A stretch of DNA of 64,000 nucleotides from Octopus bimaculoides. Its lineage: Eukaryota. The notes below the pieces were generated by a model. The model was not told the DNA's origin. It did no database searches and saw only the letters and a list, made by a program, of their open reading frames with translations. Each line of letters begins with the position of its first letter. Within the stretch, counting starts at the first letter, position 1. The stretch spans positions 52,857,324-52,921,323 of the forward strand of contig NC_068995.1 of the NCBI RefSeq assembly GCF_001194135.2, read 5' to 3'. The position numbers and the translations under genes were made by a program. Shown piece by piece: positions 61,330-64,000 of the stretch.

Positions 61330-61984
61330 TTGCTACTGCGGCTTCTTCGGCGTCCATCAACACTGCAACGGCGGCAAGCATTGCGAGTGGTGGTGGTACT
61401 ACTTTCCTCGCACCCCCACCCCACCACCACCACCACCACCACTACCATCACCATCACCGCTACTACCACAATCACCACCATCACCATAACAACAACCCCA
61501 CCACAGCTGTTATCACCTGCTCCACCACAAGCGTTATCCTCAACACCACCACCACCACCAGCGCCACTGCCACACCAACCACCACCACCACCACCACCAC
61601 TAGCGCCACTGCCACACCAACCACCACCACCACCACCACCACNNNNNNNNNNNNNNNNNNNNNNNNNNNNNNNNNNNNNNNNNNNNNNNNNNNNNNNNNN
61701 NNNNNNNNNNNNNNNNNNNNNNNNNNNNNNNNNNNNNNNNNNNNNNNNNNNNNNNNNNNNNNNNNNNNNNNNNNNNNNNNNNNNNNNNNNNNNNNNNNNN
61801 NNNNNNNNNNNNNNNNNNNNNNNNNNNNNNACCGCCACTAAGCCAAAATAGAATACACATGAATGGCTGAATGGCTCAATGAGATGGTATATGTTAGAGG
61901 TTTTCCGATGGTTATGAAGTTCAAGCGTAAAGGGCAAACATAATCTGTGTTTGCCTCTAAAACCTTAATTGGATTAATGCATAA

Positions 61985-62029
<45 letters not shown>

Positions 62030-62265
62030 ACAGCAGCAGTTGCATCAACAAAACAATGTTCTCATTTCGAATCAATGAAAGATCTTTTTCCGTGGTCATA
62101 CAACTTGCTAAAAATACCAGCCAGCTCTTTGCCGCATCCCATTATCGTCATCATCATCATCATCGTCACTATGATCACCAATATCATTGTCGTCGTTGTC
62201 ATCGACAACTGCCAAATCGTGGGGCGTTGGCGGCTCTTCAGAGCTCTCCGGAGATTAAAAAGACA

Positions 62266-62415
62266 TGTCCGAAGACGTTCGTTTTGCAACCACATGGCTT
62301 CGGGCTCAGTCCCACTACGCGGCACCTTGGGGAAATATTCTACTCTACTCCTTAGCCAACCAATTCTTTGTGAAAAAATTTGGTTGGCTGGAACTGTGTA
62401 GAAACTTGTCGTATG
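62266..62415 (+). mobile_element. SINE family A 5' half, diverged
   Basis: GCAACCACATGGCTTCGGGCTCAGTCCCACTACGCGGCACCTTGGGGAAAT. Confidence 0.8.
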
Positions 62416-63483
62416 CATGTGCTGGATTCTGATCATATAGGGGAAAAATCTAGATGGTCACGGTTGGAAATCCTTTGAGTACATTGGTGTTATTTAACGT
62501 CAGGTTAACCTCGATCTAGTCAATCAGGGATGACCTGGGGTTAAATAACACGAATGTAATACAACAACCACCACCACTAGCGTCACCGCTCCTACCAAAA
62601 CTACTACTACTACTACTACTACTAGTGCTGCTGTTGCTACTACTACTACTGCTGCAACTGCTAATAATAATAATAATAATAATAATCATAATAATAACTG
62701 CTGCTGTTGCCAGTGCTTCTGCTAAGGATCTTTGGTGACCTTTTCTGTACCCAAATACGCATTTCCCAAAGAAATATCCTATTCCGAGATCGTATGGCAC
62801 TAACCCCACCCACCCCATTCTCACTATCCCCGCTTCTAAAACACCAACAAAAAAAATTGTAAAAACACTCCCATCATATCTGTTTTCTCGGAAAGTAACC
62901 ATGTTGTGCCCTTCTCTTTTTCCCTCTCTCTCTTTCTTTCTTTCTTTCTCTCTTTCCTTTTTTTCATTTCATTTCATTTCATTTCATTTCTCCTCATATG
63001 TTCAGCGAAGTGTTTTCGGAATAATCAGCGTAGCGTTCCATGGAAACGTCAGCAAAGCTGAATTGCAAGACGCTAGCGTTATTATTACTAGAGTCAACAT
63101 TATCAAGCAGAAATGATATTTCTTTTGCTACACACAATATTGTCAGACTCACAACCCGACGGGCATTTTAATTAAGTTGCGCTTCGAATTCACAATTTTT
63201 TCGTTTCAATGCCGCCATATTAACAAACACGAAGTTTCCCGCCAATTCTTACGTATTTATATTGTTGTTTTGCTTGTTGTTTTTATTTTGATACGTATTC
63301 TAATGATGATCTGTTATAATTGCGTTAATTAAGGATTTTACACTACGCTTCTGTATAGGCTATGTCAAGGTGTACGCATGCATGAATGTATGTATGTATA
63401 AGTGCATGTATGAATGCAAATGAATGATTTGTAAGTACAGGTGTATACACAAATATCCATATGCAGAGGTTAAGTATATGCTT

Positions 63484-63840
63484 GCATGTGGCTGTGTGGT
63501 AAGTAGCTTGCTTACCAACCACATGGTTCCGGGTTCAGTCCCAATGCATGGCACCTCGGGCCGACCAATGCCTTGTGAGTGGATTTGATAGACGGAAACT
63601 GAAAGAAGCCCGTCGTATATATATCTATGTGTGTGTGTTTGTGTGCCTGTGTTTGTCCTCCCCAACATCACTTGACAACCGATGCTGGTGTGTTTACGTC
63701 TCCGTAACTTAGCGGTTCGGCAGAAGAGCCCTGTGGAATAATTACTAGGCTTACAAAGAATAAGTCCTGGGGTCGATTTGCTCGAGTAAAGGTGGTACTC
63801 CAGCATGGCCGCAGTCAAATGACTGAAACAGCTAAAAGAA
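63484..63840 (+). mobile_element. SINE family A, full length, with a ~26-bp internal deletion of the CORE-like block
   Basis: Reads GGCACCT|CGGGCC where other copies have GGCACCTTGGGCAAGTGTCTTCTACTATAGCCTCGGGCC (CCT microhomology). Head and tail are intact. Confidence 0.92.
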
Positions 63841-64000
63841 TATATATATATATATAATTTTCAGGTGTTATGGTGTGTAAAATCGTACAGGATTAATGAA
63901 TGTCTAATCAAGACAAAAATATTTTAAGTGACGTATTTTAATTTAACCAATAGCTTGTGCCCACTCAAACATTCACGCACACATCAAACTCAATGACCCA

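Noticed and set aside
61182-61841. Thr/Ala/His-rich ORF with a ~42-bp repeat at 61545-61641
   Set aside because: (ACC)n-based minisatellite running into an N gap; no independent coding evidence.
1-64000. Most ORFs in the track (poly-YI, CV, HT, LS, ER, poly-Q/H/E/L/D/T)
   Set aside because: They are translations of (TA)n, (CA)n, (GA)n, tetranucleotide and triplet microsatellites, which lack stops in some frames.

Overview
AT-rich, microsatellite-saturated animal genomic DNA, about 7% N in short-read scaffold gaps. The SINE families and simple-repeat load point to a coleoid cephalopod, most likely Octopus (inference; no search was run). No host protein-coding gene can be called with confidence, and almost all long ORFs in the track are artefacts of simple repeats or N gaps. 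The window is dominated by three tRNA-derived SINE families (labelled A, B and C here), several MITEs and fragments of non-LTR retrotransposons. The only intact, recognisable protein is a 340-aa gag-like ORF1 (RRM-like region plus one CCHC knuckle, 4553-5575, minus strand). It sits in a 1.98-kb Tx1/L1-like element bounded by a perfect 16-bp target-site duplication, with its own 5' end and AATAAA 3' end but no reverse transcriptase. This ORF1-only retroelement, with a young MITE nested in it, is the best candidate for an undescribed system. Other highlights are a Penelope-type minimal hammerhead ribozyme motif next to a Dong/R4 3' end, an internally deleted R4 element and a HERO-like endonuclease remnant. 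There is also a cluster of seven RFX/X-box-like motifs, a pre-miRNA-sized hairpin, a tail-to-tail SINE pair that would form long dsRNA, and weak evidence for a promoter and small exons on the + strand.
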